DNA of 64,000 nucleotides, from positions 126,402-190,401 of the forward strand of contig MU008213.1 in the NCBI GenBank assembly GCA_010909165.1. Reading direction: 5' to 3'. The position numbers and the translations under genes were made by a program. Positions 13,215 through 26,999 of this stretch are shown here, piece by piece (the first letter of the stretch is position 1; each line of letters opens with the position of its first letter). The notes beneath the pieces were generated by a model. The model made no database searches. It saw nothing but the letters and a program-made list of their open reading frames with translations, and was not told the origin of the DNA. This DNA comes from Anthoceros angustus. Lineage: Eukaryota > Plantae > Anthocerotophyta.

Positions 13215-13769
13215 GAAAAAAACTTTATACAAAAATATATATTATTAATAACACAAGTATCTATTTTCAGCTTCTTTAAATGGGGCATATTTACAACAAG
13301 TGTTTTACAATGTACTTTGTTGTAAATTTTGTATCTTGACTTTTACATTAGTGGGACACACGAGAAATGGAATACTACTACCAAATGCAAGCGATTCTAA
13401 ACCCCAAAATGAACAGATCCTCACACAAATCCACATTCAACTCACACAAACTCTGTGGCCCACAAACCTCGCACAACCACCTGACGGGCTCTCAGAATCG
13501 TGCGCTCATGACTCTCACGCTCATAGGCTCGCCCAGCTCACAGCTCTAGCTCGCTCACGACTCCTAGCTCTAGCTCTCCACCCGGCCTGGCATCGCTCTC
13601 ACGACTCACAAGCTCATGAGCTTTCCCTGACTCACAAGCTCTGCTCTCCGCAGTTCCTGGGGCTCACAGACTCTCACTCTCACAAGCTCTTGGTCACAAG
13701 CTCTCACAGTGCTCATAGCTCTCACACTACTCGCAGGCTCTTGCACACTTCTTGCAGGCTATGCAAAAC

Positions 13770-13822
13770 TCACACACACACACACACTCACTCCACACAC
13801 ACACACACATAAACACACAAAC
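13770..13822. repeat. (CA)n microsatellite within a CTCAC-rich low-complexity tract (~13500-13900)
   Basis: Direct reading. Confidence 0.9.
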
Positions 13823-14980
13823 ATAGAAGCATTCCAAGACACAGAATCCCACAAACAAACATGGGGGCCATTCCCCCAGACACACACACTCACAAACATT
13901 GGGGCCATTCCCTCAGACACACAAAGGGGACATTCCCCACAAAAAGCCAGTATCAGTATCAATTTCTAAGAGTTTCTAAGGAGCAACTAAAAGAAAGCAC
14001 CAAACTAGTATTAAGTCCTGATCTCTTCAAATTGGACTTCAGTTGAAGCCTCATTTCCCTTCCTCTTCATGCTCTTCACCCTTGATGACTTGAGCTCTTT
14101 GGCGTAGTCAGACCTAGCTTCACAGGCAAGGCGTTGAGCTTCAAGTTCTGTCGTCGGTTCGATGAGGCCATGAGAGTGCTTTTCCCTGCATTTAGAGAGG
14201 ATACCTCAACCTCTTCAAATTCTTTACCTCTTCCACGAGATGGAGTGGTTCAACTTCAACAAATGTAACACGTCTCTGACATAGGGTTATTCTCCATTTA
14301 AGGGTTTGGGTCCTAAAGACCAAAAATGACCCTCAAAGCAGGCCAAATGCATCATCTTTAGCAAAACCACTCTTTAGACATGTCTTGAAAGACATTGACC
14401 ATGTTATTTTCGTGAATACTTACGCTAACGGTTTAAGCGAAGAAGGTTCACAATTTCACCTTCACAAGGAAGGGATTTCAAGGATTTTTAACGGTGCTAG
14501 GAATCCTAAACACCTCTTCATGGGGATAGTACTTCCTAGCGTGAGCAGTGGGCAAACCAAACAAAACTAGTCCAAGCCAAAGCTGGCGGACGTCCGGAAC
14601 AACATAAAAGTAGCAATTCGCAAGAAAAGAAGCAAGCTACGGACGTCCAATTGTGAAGAACATTCGATAGCACGATCATGGCCATCTCGAGAGGACCAAA
14701 CTACGACTCTAAAAAGTAGCTGGCGTGATGGTGCAAGTACACAACCACGGGATCTCCATTGTTAGAGTGAAAAACAAAGGAATTGGAGCAATCATGGACG
14801 TTCGGCACATTGGCGCGAGTCTGCTAAAACTGCGGACGTCCGGCGCATTTTGAGACCCCAATCTTGCGGGCGTCCGAGATGGAAATGGTGGAGTGGATCG
14901 GACGTCCGCATAAATGTATATATATTTTTGTATTATTCCATCATTGCTCCGGATGGGGTGGGGATAGACACATTGGAATA

Positions 14981-15270
14981 AGAACTCCAAGGTCAAGCAC
15001 CCTCGGGTCGTATCATTACTAGGATGGGGTGCTTGACTTTTGGTGCTTTGAGAACTCCATGGTTAAGCACTTTTGGGTCGAATTAGTACTAGGATGGGGT
15101 GCTTGACTTTTGGTGCTTTGAGAACTCCATGGTTAAGCACTCTTGGGTCGAATTAGAACTAGGATGGGCTTCTTGTTTTTGGCGCTTTGAAAACTTTGTA
15201 ACAACTCCACTATTAAGCAACCTAGAGGCGTATCAATACCAGGATGGAGTGTTGATTTTAGTGGTTTGAA
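14981..15270 (+). repeat. Tandem array (70-bp unit, 4 copies) derived from the 5S rRNA internal control region
   Basis: Units start at 14981, 15051, 15121 and 15201; AGAACTCCATGGTTAAGCAC.CTTGGGTCGAATTAGTACTAGGATGGG aligns to plant 5S AGAACTCCGCAGTTAAGCGTGCTTGGGCGAGAGTAGTACTAGGATGGG (A box, IE, C box). Confidence 0.85.
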
Positions 15271-15660
15271 AAATTTGTAAATCATCCGGTATCTAGGCGT
15301 AAAGTCATGAATATTATTTTTGAAAATCATTTGTTGGTTGATGTTATATTCCACATTCGCTTTGTATACAACATGTAAAACCTTTTGGCCTTACTCTATG
15401 TGCCTCGATGACTTGCATTTGGATCTCTTTGATTGGTCGCCAAATGTCCAACTCATTCGAGTTTGATGCGTATAGATGCATAGGCCTTGGTTTCTAGATG
15501 AGCTACATTTTCCAAAATTCGACATGTATGATGGTGGTTTCTAATGGCCAACCTTTTGAAGGCGACAATGTTTCACAATGTTTTGCGAGAAGCAAGAAAA
15601 TAAATAGAATAGATGATTTGTCCTTGAGTAATGAAAGCTTTGCCGGATGCGGTCGAACGC

Positions 15661-15848
15661 TATTAGGAGTAACCTCACTCGCTTAGGGTTTACCTGGTAG
15701 TTTGTGGTTAGTTTAGTTAAGTTAATTATTCAAGGTCACTTAAGCGAAAGGGTGCCTAGCATAGATATAGCCCTTTACATTACTTTGTTATTATTGTTGT
15801 TTTCTATTGTCTTATGATTATTTATCTCTCTTGCTCTCCATTTATATC
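15661..15848 (+). repeat. 5' LTR of copia element 2
   Basis: Near-identical to 22915-23107; followed by the PBS. Confidence 0.9.
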
Positions 15849-15849
15849 G

Positions 15850-15861
15850 TGGTATCGAGCA
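15850..15861 (+). promoter_or_regulatory. Primer binding site for initiator tRNA-Met
   Basis: TGGTATCGAGC versus canonical TGGTATCAGAGC (1-nt deletion), directly after the LTR. Confidence 0.85.
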
Positions 15862-16796
15862 TGGTTCTTCATGATCGTGTGGATGATGACGGACCAGCGT
15901 ATGGGTAGCATCAATCGATCCTATCAAATTTCCGTTGGGGGAGCATGAGAGTTCCTTGCTATATATGGAATCCCGGTGATTCAACCACTAATTTTATTAA
16001 GAGAACAAAAGGCGACACTTTTGTAGAGGAAGAGCAGGGGACTTCCAAGTCACACGATTATTTCTAAATAATTTAGGAACTATGCTCAAGCAGGGTTGCC
16101 CCTCCTGTGGCTATCGGTCACAATAACTAAATAATTAGGATATGATTCTTTTACCCTTCTGACATGTGCCTCGTAGGCGGTCGCATGTGCTTTCTGCACA
16201 ACTCTGCGCCGTCAGCACCATCAGCCTCATCTCTGCACAGGGATGCAATGGATATGTTGTACGGGGAATTAACAAATTGGGTGATCTTGTGGAAGATGAC
16301 TACACTTTGGCGCGTGCTTGATTTGGGATCGGTTGATCCATGTGCTCCTTAGGCAGGATGCACAAATTGTGCAATTGAGTTCAACTATAATTGCAAAAAT
16401 TGATCATATCAGTGGACAACTGGATCAGATTTGTGAGCGCCAAGAGCTTCTCCTCAGGGAGTTCCAGCAATTGGATCTTCTGCCACTGCCCATGAATGCG
16501 ATAGCGGTGGGATTGTATCTCCCAACCCTGCTGCCCACTCCTAGAAAGTCGGATGCACAAACCAGTTAGGGTTTTCACATGAATGTCCAACTCATGTGAA
16601 CCGGTATACCCCTTAGAGTTAGGGTTTTCTGGTCCCTACCGTTTCGGTGTTGCCATGTCTCTTAGTGTCCCTTGAAGCCTCCCTTCCCGAATATATGCCC
16701 TGTTCATTTCTCCTGCACATGCAGATACCCTGAATAGTCAACCTCTACGGTGCTGACCAGCCAGCCTTTAACACAGGCCAAGGTTATCCTACTACC

Positions 16797-19700
16797 ATGA
16801 CTAGCATTAACCCACCTCCTCCACCACCTGCACCCCTAGTTGGCTACCACCCTGTCTTCACTTCCGAATTAAAGGAAAATGACAGATTTAATGGTCATCG
16901 GTATGAAGTGTGGCGAGTTCGAATGAGATCCACTCTGTTAGCTAGAGGAGTGTGGGGAGTAGTAGATGGGTCTATTCCAGAGCCCCCTGTTACAGCCCTC
17001 ACAGGAGAACAAGATAAGTGGGCTCATGCAAATAGCATCGGCATTGCTCTTCTAGTCTCTGGCCTTACTGAAGATCTTATTCCACAGATCGAATTTCTCA
17101 CCAAGGCCAGTGAAATCTGGGCACAGTTGGAAGGTCAGTACAGAATAAACAATGTCCTTACACTCTGTACTTTGCGTATGGAATTCTATGGACTTAAAAT
17201 GCGGGAAGGAGACAAAGTACTTGCTCACACCAGCAAGCTTAGACATCTTAGGGCACAACTTACCTCTCTAGGTACTGTTATGGACGAGGTGGACGTGATC
17301 GCACAATTGCTCACCAGCCTTCCGCCCTTACGAACTTTGTATACGCACTGTCTGTCCCCCGGCTGAGGCTAGGGTCAGCTGAGTTGAGAGACAATATCAC
17401 TTCTACCTGTGGGCAGTGTGGGGCTCTCTTCCAGGAAGAGCAAAGTAGGCTCTTGTCGTGGGAAAACCAAAGTGAGTTCTGCTTTAGTAGACGAGACACA
17501 AAAAGGAAAAATCTTGGATACAGCCCCAATATCAGAGGCTACAGCGAGGGTCCCCGTAATGAATGGACAAGCGTGTTGATCTTGGCCCTTCTTCAAACCA
17601 CCCTTTAGTAGCATGGCCCAGTGCAGTAAGCGGTAAAGCCATTGGGCCAATGAGTGTAGAAAAAAGAAGGCTGGAGAGCCTCGTAAACCATCCCGACCTA
17701 CTACCAATGTTGTAGTTAGGGACAAGCTCTGTGATCCAACAAGCATGTTGGTTAAAATATTGCCTGGATACATCTCTCAGCATAGCGGTGATAAGGCGAC
17801 TTGGTACACGGATTAGGCGGCCGCCCACATTGTCGGGATGAATCTCTATTTACATCTCTTACCCCTATTTCTGACGTTGATAGGGTGTACCTTGGGGATG
17901 AGCAGAATTCCACTAGTCTACAAATTCTAGGCCAAGGTTCCTGCAATTTTAGACTCACTGATGGCTCCACTTTAACCATAGCAGATGTTACATGCGTTCC
18001 CGAATGGCAAAGAACTTTCTTGTCCTTGAGTTTGTTTTGCCAAGCAACATAGTTTCTGATGACTCATGAGGATCCTGTTTGCTTTGTTAGGCCAGAGTCG
18101 CCCTCTACTTGTGTTTTTCAAGCACTACCAGAGGACGACCTGTATCGTTTAGACTTTGCTTGCCTCCCTGGCAGCAGGACTCATGCCTATTCTACAAGTG
18201 TAGGCAACCTGACGGCTGTCCAACAATCTATCTTATGGCATGCCCGATTGGGTCATGTTAACCGACAGACCCTGGCTTCCCTCAGCAAAGACGGTTGTTA
18301 TCGTGAGCCATTACCTAAATGTTTGAAGGAGTTGCCCCTTTGTGAGACTTGTGCTCTCAGCGGGAGCTCCACGACCAGCTCGCCGATCTTCGGCTCCCGG
18401 TACATTGCGGCATATCGCCGCCTTCAGGTTTCTTCACTTGGAGGGGCAGATTACTACTTTACCATCACAGATGATTACAGCAGGTTCACTTGGACTTTTC
18501 CCATGAAGAGAAAGAATGAAACCTTTGACTTGTTTCAAGACTGGCTCATTACCGCAATCAACAGGCTGCTTGCTAAAAATCTTCGATCCGATATGCGCAT
18601 GTAATTTAATCAGGTCATTCTCTAATCTATTCTACGACAGGCATAATTCACTTCCAGCTAATTTACTTGCCTATAATGCAAAATGGTGTTGCCGAACGCA
18701 TAAACCAAACCTTGATGGGAAGATTTGCGCACCTTGTTGTGGTCGCCTCCGATCTCCATCACAAGTGAGTCGAGTCTTCTTACATCATGCAATTTGCCCC
18801 CAGTTCTCTTCTTTGCTAGGACCCCTTTTGAGATTTTCAGGCGGAAGCCCAATTCTTCATCTCGTAATCTTTGGCTCAAAGCTGCATACTATGTTCCTGC
18901 AGAGAACGCAGAAATTAGACAACCGATCAAGACAATTAGTTTTTGTTGGCTCAGTGAAGCTGAAACCTAGCTCATGACCTAACTTTACCCCTGACGGTTC
19001 ACGCACGGGTGTCACTTTCTTAGTCTTTGCAATCGCTCACATTGCTGTAATGATTCCCTTGAGCAACCATCCACTCCGGGAGAAGCTGATGTAGACTATC
19101 CCATGTGTCTTCGCTTTATATCCTGTGGATGTGACGGAGCGATTATACTGTCTTGACAGTGACAGAGCCAAAATAATGCCTTGACCTGTTGACTTCAACC
19201 ACCTTGACCTCACCCGCCGGCTCTACCTGCTGGCGTGGATCAGGATCTGCAGCCAATTGTAAGAACCGATCTTAGATCCCGATCCATTTGGGCTCAATGG
19301 CTTATTTTGAGATCACGTAAATGGACATTGAAAACGTCCCACAATTTGCCTTTGACTTGTTTCAAGGCGGCTCATTACCGCAGTCAGCAATTGCTAAAAA
19401 TCTTCAGATCTGATAATGGCACAGAATTCGTTAATCAGTCATTCTCTAATCTATTCTCTGAACAGGGCATAATTCACCAACTAATTGTGCCATATACGCA
19501 ACAGCAAAATGGTGTTGCCGAACGCAAAAACCAAACCTTGATGGGAATGACGCATGCTATGTTGTTGTGGTCAGGCCTCCCGTCTCCATACTGGGCAGAA
19601 GCTGTAGTCACTGCTACTTACATCCTTAACAGACTGCCCACAAGTTCTCTTGCTGCTAGGACCCCTTTTGAGATTTTCTGGAAGCGGAAGCCCAGCCTTC

Positions 19701-22173
19701 TTCATCTCAGAATCTTTGGCTCAAAAGCCTACGCTTATGTTCCTGCAGAGAAAGCGCAGAAATTAGACAACCGATCAAGACAATTAGTTTTTGTTGGCTC
19801 AGTGAAGCTGAAACCTAGCTCATGACCTAACTTTACCCCTGACGGTTCACGCACGGGTGTCACTTTCTTAGTCTTTGCAATCGCTCACATTGCTGTAATG
19901 ATTCCCTTGAGCAACCATCCACTCCGGGAGAAGCTGATGTAGACTATCCCATGTGTCTTCGCTTTATATCCTGTGGATGTGACGGAGCGATTATACTGTC
20001 TTGACAGTGACAGAGCCAAAATAATGCCTTGACCTGTTGACTTCAACCACCTTGACCTCACCCGCCGGCTCTACCTGCTGGCGTGGATCAGGATCTGCAG
20101 CCAATTGTAAGAACCGATCTTAGATCCCGATCCATTTGGGCTCAATGGCTTATTTTGAGATCACGTAAATGGACATTGAAAACGTCCCACAATTTGCCTT
20201 TGACTTACGAAGAACCCAGGCAAAATAATGCCTTTGACCCATTGGTATCAACCACTTGACCCGGCAGCATCTACACTGCTGGCGTGGACGAGGATCCTGC
20301 ACACGTTCGTGAACCGATCTTAGATCGATCCATTTGGGCTCAATGGCTTATTTGCGAGATGCGAGAAATGGACATTGAAAACGTCCCACAATTTGCCGGT
20401 GACTTACGTGCGATGACTGTATATACCGCCCCTGCTTTGGCCCGCGGCCCTCCTCAAGATGAAGACGCCCGGACTCGTCGTTCTTCTCGTCCTGGAATAT
20501 CCACCCTCCGAATCGAGGAACCTCCATATGCCGCCTTGATTTTCGTGACCTCTGACGCATCTCCTCTCCTCCGAGAGTCCTCTCAACCTTCTCTTGAGGC
20601 CTTGTGAGGCCGGACAAAGCTAAATGGCAATTTCATTGGCGATGATGAGTTTAATAGTCTCATCAAAATGGCACTTAGCGTACGGTTCCTCGACATAAGC
20701 CGGAAGGCTATCACACCGTAAATGGGTGTTTAAACACAAAATGTGAATCTTGGCCGGGCATAGCCCGTTACAGCACAGATTGTGCCGAGTTTAGCCAAAT
20801 TGCTGGTTTAGATTACCAAGAGACCTTTTCTCCGATGGTGCGTGCTCGTCCGTAGTAATATCACGGCCTCATTTGCGAGTACGACGCATGGTTGCGGCGA
20901 GATGGATCATCTGCCTTGACTTTTCCTCCATGGTATTCTCGAAGAGGAATTGTACATGGAGCGACTGAGGGTATGTTGATCCTGCACACATCCAGACCAC
21001 GTTTGCTTACTCATCAAGTGCCTATATGGCTTAAAGCAAAGTGCCGAGCGCTGGTATAAGAGATGTGACACAGCCCTGAAAACCTTGGGTTTTGAACAGT
21101 GCAAAGCTTACTCCAATGTGTACATCTTCAGAGACGGCTCCACCTATGTCATTCTCGCTCTCTACGTGGATGACGTGATCCTTGCTGCTAGTAATCCACA
21201 TATCCTGTCACACGTAAAGGATATGTTAAGAAAACGTTGAAATGATGTATGGGGCATGATCTACTTTTTGCTTGGGGATACAAATACTTGAGTTAGATCT
21301 CGAGGAAGCACCTCATTATCCATCAACACAAGTATGTTGCTGAGATTATACACAAATTTGGCTGGGACAAGCTCATCCTCCTCTACTCCGAGGCTCATAG
21401 GCGGCTAAAGCTTAAATCATCTCGATAGTGTCTGTCACGACAGTCACCGCTTGAACATGCAGGATGTTCTATCCTGCTATCGCGAGGCCGTTGGGCGCCT
21501 TACTTTTATCGGTCAAGAATTGACGCGCTCGATGGCATACGACGCCACAACATTCAGCCTGATGTCCCGATTTTTGATATACAAGAGTAGGTACTCCTTT
21601 GAACTCTTTGTAAACGTATTCGATTCTCAAAGCGCTCGCCTTCATACCCGGACTACTGTCTATCGCCGAGGAGCACACGCGACCCCCTCGGCTCACTCTT
21701 GAAGGATATCACGGCGTCGATTGGGCCCCTCGAGATATTGAAACTCCGCAAGAGTTTATCCACTTATGCTTTTCTCCTTGCCCAGGGCTTCCATCACTGG
21801 AGCTGCAAGCAGAACTAGTATCGCCCTGTCGGTACGAGTACAAATCCCGGTCGAGGTGCTACTAAGGAAGTGGAATGGGGCCATATTCTTCTTACATGAC
21901 CTTGGGCGTACACAGTGGCCCCACTCACCTCTATTGTGATAATCAATGGCCATCGCCTTATTTGCCAACCCCGATTCCACTGCACAAAACATATATGAAG
22001 TCCATCACCACTATGTTAGAGACTTAGAGTGCTGCTACGGGGTTGGTTCAATTCTCTATGTGCCTCACGAGAATAACCAAACAGACATCCTAACAAAGGC
22101 TCTACCAAAGGATAAGCATCGAAGCACATACGGTCACTTGGGGCGATGGACTTTGATATTTCAAACCTGCTGA
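16797..22173 (+). pseudogene. Copia gag-pol polyprotein (many frameshifts; integrase segment duplicated)
   Basis: gag FNGHRYEVWRVRM...LKMREGD; zinc knuckle GHWANEC ~17640; LWHARLGH; TDDYSRFTW, RSDNGTEF, QQNGVAERKN; RT LYGLKQ and LYVDD ~21020-21180; RNase H TDILTKAL. Confidence 0.92.
18522..20400. repeat. ~0.84 kb tandem duplication (plus partial third copy) in the copia integrase
   Basis: CTTTGACTTGTTTCAAG at ~18523 and ~19350; 18910-19345 is essentially identical to 19758-20193. Confidence 0.93.
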
Positions 22174-22914
22174 CTTAACATCATAGAACCGGACGGACTT
22201 CTGGGTGAGGCTGAGTCCTCGACCGTGATTATAGCTCTTCCCTTTGTGTTCTTATGTACTGTTGTCGGTAAGCGAGGGAGGGTTATTTACACCACAATAC
22301 CGATGCAGAAACTCGAAACGATTAAAAGCAGTCGGTGGATGAAGCTCGACGTTAACCTAATCACTTGCACGCTGGTTTCTCCCGACTGCTGTCTCTTCTT
22401 CTTGCGTTATCACCCGGCAAAGCAATCTATGTGCCTCTGTGGCCCCTCATCAAAATTTTGTTTTTCATCGCCCGGGTATCCATTGGGAGTTCTCACTGCT
22501 CTTTAGTTTCGTCAGAGCTGAGTCACGTTGAACAGCACTTTCTAGCCGCTGACCCTTAAAGCCGGTCTCCACCACATGGGTTTCACCCACTTTTCCTCCG
22601 TTCTTCTTTTGGGCCTATGAGCTCTCCGGCCAGCTACTCTTACTTCCCGATGCCGACTCCCGGAGCGCCGTGCTCTGGCGATATTACTCTCTTACGACTT
22701 AGGGGGCGCCAGGAAGATGGTTGTGAGGAGGCTACTGCGTGGTGATCACGGGTTATTCTGCTCCATCTTCTTCCGGCTCCCGTCCTTCCCGAGTAGGTGT
22801 GGCTTATTACGCCTCGCGTGCCTCTCCTCTCCTCGTGATGCATCTCACTTCCTTCGCTCGACTCGTGCTCGGTCCCACATCGCCCGCGCCTAAGCTCGTC
22901 TCGCTTAAGGAGGG

Positions 22915-23107
22915 TGTTCAGGCAGGTAACCTCACTCGCTAGGGTTTACCCCGGTAGTTTGTGGTTAGTTTAGTTAAGTTAATTATTCAGGGTCACTTAG
23001 CGAAGGGTGCCTAGCATAGATATATGCTCCCTTTACATTACTTTGTTATTATTGTTGTTTTCTATTGTCTTATGATTATTTATCTCTCTTGCTCTCCATT
23101 TATATCA
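22915..23107 (+). repeat. 3' LTR of copia element 2 with PPT (AAGGAGGG)
   Basis: TG...CA ends; matches the 5' LTR. Confidence 0.9.
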
Positions 23108-24108
23108 AACACAAGTATAAGAGAGCATCTGCCTGGCCACTGCGAGCCCTAGTGAGAGCCAGCGAGTATCTGAAGATAGAGGGCTGGTCGCCCGGAAAGT
23201 TTGACCAAATGGTCGAGTATTTCGGAGGTCGCACATACATACCTTGTGGACGCCCACGCGCCTATGCATGCAGTAGGTGTTCAGAGAACTATAGCCAAGC
23301 TTCGGCCAGAGATTTTGAATTTAAGAGATCGACTTGCTCCATGTGCCACCCATGGATAGATTAAGGTTGAAAGCTAACTTGACAAGAAAAAATGTAAGCT
23401 CAAGAGTTTGATCAAGAACTACGAGGAGGCCTCACCATCCTTTACCTTGTCATCCAATTCTGCTGCTGGGCCTAACGCTGCAGATCTAAGCGGCCATTCC
23501 CGAAGCCTGAGGGGCCAGTCAGACAGGTATGCCCGCTGAGGACATTGCTCAATCACGGGTTTGAAAAGAGATTGATGTGAGTGCGGTGGCAAGTGTGCAC
23601 AAGCAACTTGAAAGAAAGTGCTTGCCTAACAAGTATTGACGCAACCCTCCAAACCCGTGTATTGCACCCTTGAGTATAAGTGCTCGTCGACGTCAGCGCA
23701 CTCTTGGAGCATAGTCATGCTGTCATCCTAGCCACTGGTACAAAGGTGTGTCCGGTGACGGTGGGCATATTAGGTCTTCTTTTGGGCTCGGATGCATGGG
23801 CTGGTTCGCAAATCATCAAAACAATGTGAAATGAGACATGTGCATTTCGGATAGTTAGGGCCAAAATGGGGTTCGAGACAAACCCCTATGAGAAACACTC
23901 GGCACTTCATCAGGCTTCGCTCACACCGGTGTTGACCACACTTGGGGAGGTTAAGGCTTCCCCACCCGAGGGGGCGGAGGCCACACCCGATTCTGCAAGA
24001 ATCGAATATGTTACCAAGAAGCCAGGTGTTACAACAAACAGACTTGAAAGAACTTCTATAAGAATTACAGAGGAGAAAGATCCTCACTTAACCCGGGCTT
24101 CAATCTAG
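23108..24108 (+). pseudogene. Possible degraded L1-type LINE ORF1 fragment (target of the copia insertion)
   Basis: VLVDVS...VILATG...PV..ILG followed by a decayed Cys/His stretch near 23680-23840; weak, by-eye match. Confidence 0.3.
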
Positions 24109-24169
24109 GCACCAAATTGTCCAAAAACCAGCCTCGGAATACACATCCATTGGAATACACACTGCCATG

Positions 24170-26113
24170 GTGTGTATTCGGCTGTTTTCAACCTCTTAGT
24201 TGATGGCGATGATCTGCCTGACCCCCCTCATGCCCGCATTGAGTTATGCTTGCAGGCCGATGCCCATTCTCATGAAGTTGGCAATGGCCACCCGCCCGAC
24301 TATATGGGGCCAGCCCCGCGTGCTCGCCACGCCGCCGCCCGCCCACCGGAAATGCGAGTGTGAACTCAGACCACACACGGGCGGATACAGTAGCCAATGC
24401 CGGACGGTGTATGGTGAAAGAGAGGACATGCTCGGACCTTGATGCGACGCTAGCGCGGTGGATGCACGGACGCGCGATGTGGACCATGACGCGGCGGACC
24501 TTCATGCCGACGAGGAGATTCCGGACTTGATGAACTCTACCGCTGGGTTCCCGACGACTCGCAAGGAGAGAGCATATGCCCGGATGCGGAAATGCCCTTG
24601 TTCACCATCGCAACCTTGCACCTCGAAGAGTCCCGCTTAATCGCAACCCCGCCTTGCTTCCATTCAAACTCGTTATGGCATACCCGACGCGTCGATGACG
24701 CAGGTTGGGCTGCATTTGTTGCCCGAGAGGAATTCTCCGCCCAAGTCGATGACGAGGCTAAAAGACATTGTACTCGGGCCGCACTTCAAGAAAATTCATG
24801 CTCGTAAATGATCGTGATGTCGCTTCGGGCCCTATGGACCACGCGAATGCATTAAATGCTCGCAGACAGATATGTCGAGGGCAAGTGGATCGCCAAACGC
24901 TAGGAGAGCTCCCTGTGAAAGTTCTGGCACTTTCCTCAAGGATAGGCTGGCCCGCATGTTTAGAGCACTGACACCGTAAGGCTAATGACAACAGACATGG
25001 ATCTCATGGAGTACGATGGGTCCATGGGCATAATACACACCGCATGGAGGTTTTAGATGGATTGGATGGCTTTGGCTCTAACCCGTAAACATCCGCCTCG
25101 CCTTGCAACTGGACGTTTAACCCATTTGGACACAAGTCCACAACTACATCTATATGGCATGTTATGCTATTCTTACACAACCTTCCACCATGGCTAAGCC
25201 ACGAAATCCGCTTATACCATCATGCGCTTATTGTGCGGGCCCTCACATTGTGCGAACTTTGATGTTTACATGGAACCTCTTTTGGAGGAGTTGAGAGAGA
25301 CACTGTGGCATGGGATACCCATGGACTTCTCTTTCCCGGCGGACAGCGCGGCGCTTCACGTTCTGACGGTATTTTGCACACCATAGGCGATTATCCAGGG
25401 CACACTCCGGCTTTCGGTGAAGGGTTCAGGGCATGTGCGGAATGTTGGGATGGCTTAGACTCTCGCTGGGCCCACGTGCAGAAGGAGGAGTACCTTGGCT
25501 CACCGGTGGCTTAGCCCAATCATCCCATGCGGCGGGTAGACATGGACGGTACAACAATGAAGTGGGCGGTGACCTCGTCCATCCCCTCGTTTGACGCTAA
25601 TGGCGAGACATGGAAAAGAGATAATGCAGCGGTCAGGAGTTGAGGGAGAGAGGCAGTTTGGCACCCGCCGCAAAAGGCTTATGGTTTGATTACTGCCGTA
25701 TTGGAGACACATCTTGAGGTGGACACAAAGGGATGTTATGCACATTGAGAAGAACAATCACGAGGCTTTGTGGCGGACCTTCATAGGAGAAAGATGATCT
25801 ACTGATCCGTTTAGACATGGAAGAATACGGGGGCCAGCAAGAGCTATGGCCATTGCCAAGGAATAGGGAGACCTTATTGCCTGCTCCGTATGTCTTATCC
25901 AAGCCGGACTTGGATATGGTTTTTGCGGAGATGCAGGCCATAAGGTTACCAACTAGATACGCATCAAACATCGCTGCAAAACTGGTGTCTGGCAAACTGG
26001 GAAACCTCAAAGCTCATGATTGGCATGTTGTTATGGAGATTTATTTCCCTATTGTCTTACTGGGACGATCAAGCCCTCAAGATACAAAGCGGTCATTTCT
26101 CAAGAAACTATAT
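24170..26113 (+). pseudogene. CACTA/En-Spm transposase (TnpD-like), 5' part
   Basis: NIRLALAT..FNPFG, NLPPW, NFDVYMEPLLEEL, TIGDYP, DVMHIEKN, IRLPTRYASNI, GNLKAHDWHVVM. Confidence 0.9.
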
Positions 26114-26999
26114 CCCTCTAGAAAAGGGCACCTATGTTACACTTTATGTTAAGATTTGGACCCTGGATGTAACACTCATGTTGCAATTTTGGGGTCATGT
26201 AACAACACTTTTTGGGCCCTTGTTACACTTTTGGCTTGGAAACCATACCACGGCCGTTGTTGCAATCATGTTGCAATGGTGTTGCAATTATGTTAAGATG
26301 AAGTGAGAGGTGGTTTTGCCCTCTCTCAAAATTGCAACATGATTGCAACATCTAAAGTGTTACAAGAGAGGTCTTGTAACACTTTTGGAGGCTTGCACCG
26401 AACCTCCTCCCCATCCACTATTCCTTTTACTTTTGCCCTTGAATACCACGTTTACTTGGTAGTTACCAATACGCCCTTCAATACGACCATATATAACATG
26501 CAGAATACATCCTTATACTATACATATGTAGTCTACGGCGATAAATGTAATATATTATTCTAAGTGCTATAAGGGCGTATTCAATTTCATATAAAATAAG
26601 TTTGTATACTATGTTATTCCATACATAATCGTGTATATATTCATGGTACGATTGTATTTACTATACGTGTAAATAGCGGGCTCTTTCTACCCCTACTTTA
26701 TAGCATGCCGGGCGGTTTGTCCTTCCACGTCACCAATAGCCAGGCTTCAGCCATGGCCCCATGTCCCCACCTATCACCTTATTGTGACGCATCACCGTGA
26801 GGTTATGCCCCTACAAGATTGTCAGGCGGAGGAGTTTTGGTATGCTCGGCTTATGCTTTTGCCTCCATGTAAGGCACTTCCTACTCATCGTATGCACCTC
26901 TGAAACTTCCGCCTCCTGCTTCGATTCCCAATTTTCTTCTTCCCCTCCTTGCGTTGGAGGCAAGCTTTGCCACTTCTACCGCTTCCTCTCGCCTCGCTG

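Larger units (their letters stand above)
15661..23107 (+). mobile_element. Full-length Ty1/copia LTR retrotransposon
   Basis: Paired ~190 bp LTRs, PBS, PPT, gag-PR-IN-RT-RH order, 5-bp TSD AACGC (15656-15660) / AACAC (23108-23112). Confidence 0.93.

Noticed and set aside
13300-13812. 170-aa His/Ser/Leu-rich ORF
   Set aside because: Translation of low-complexity CTCAC and (CA)n sequence
14981-15270. CRISPR array or functional 5S rRNA genes
   Set aside because: Whole units repeat with no unique spacers, no cas genes are present, and the 5S terminal stems are missing
16566-16630. Telomeric repeats (TTAGGGTTT, also in the LTRs)
   Set aside because: Isolated single units (telobox-like), not arrays
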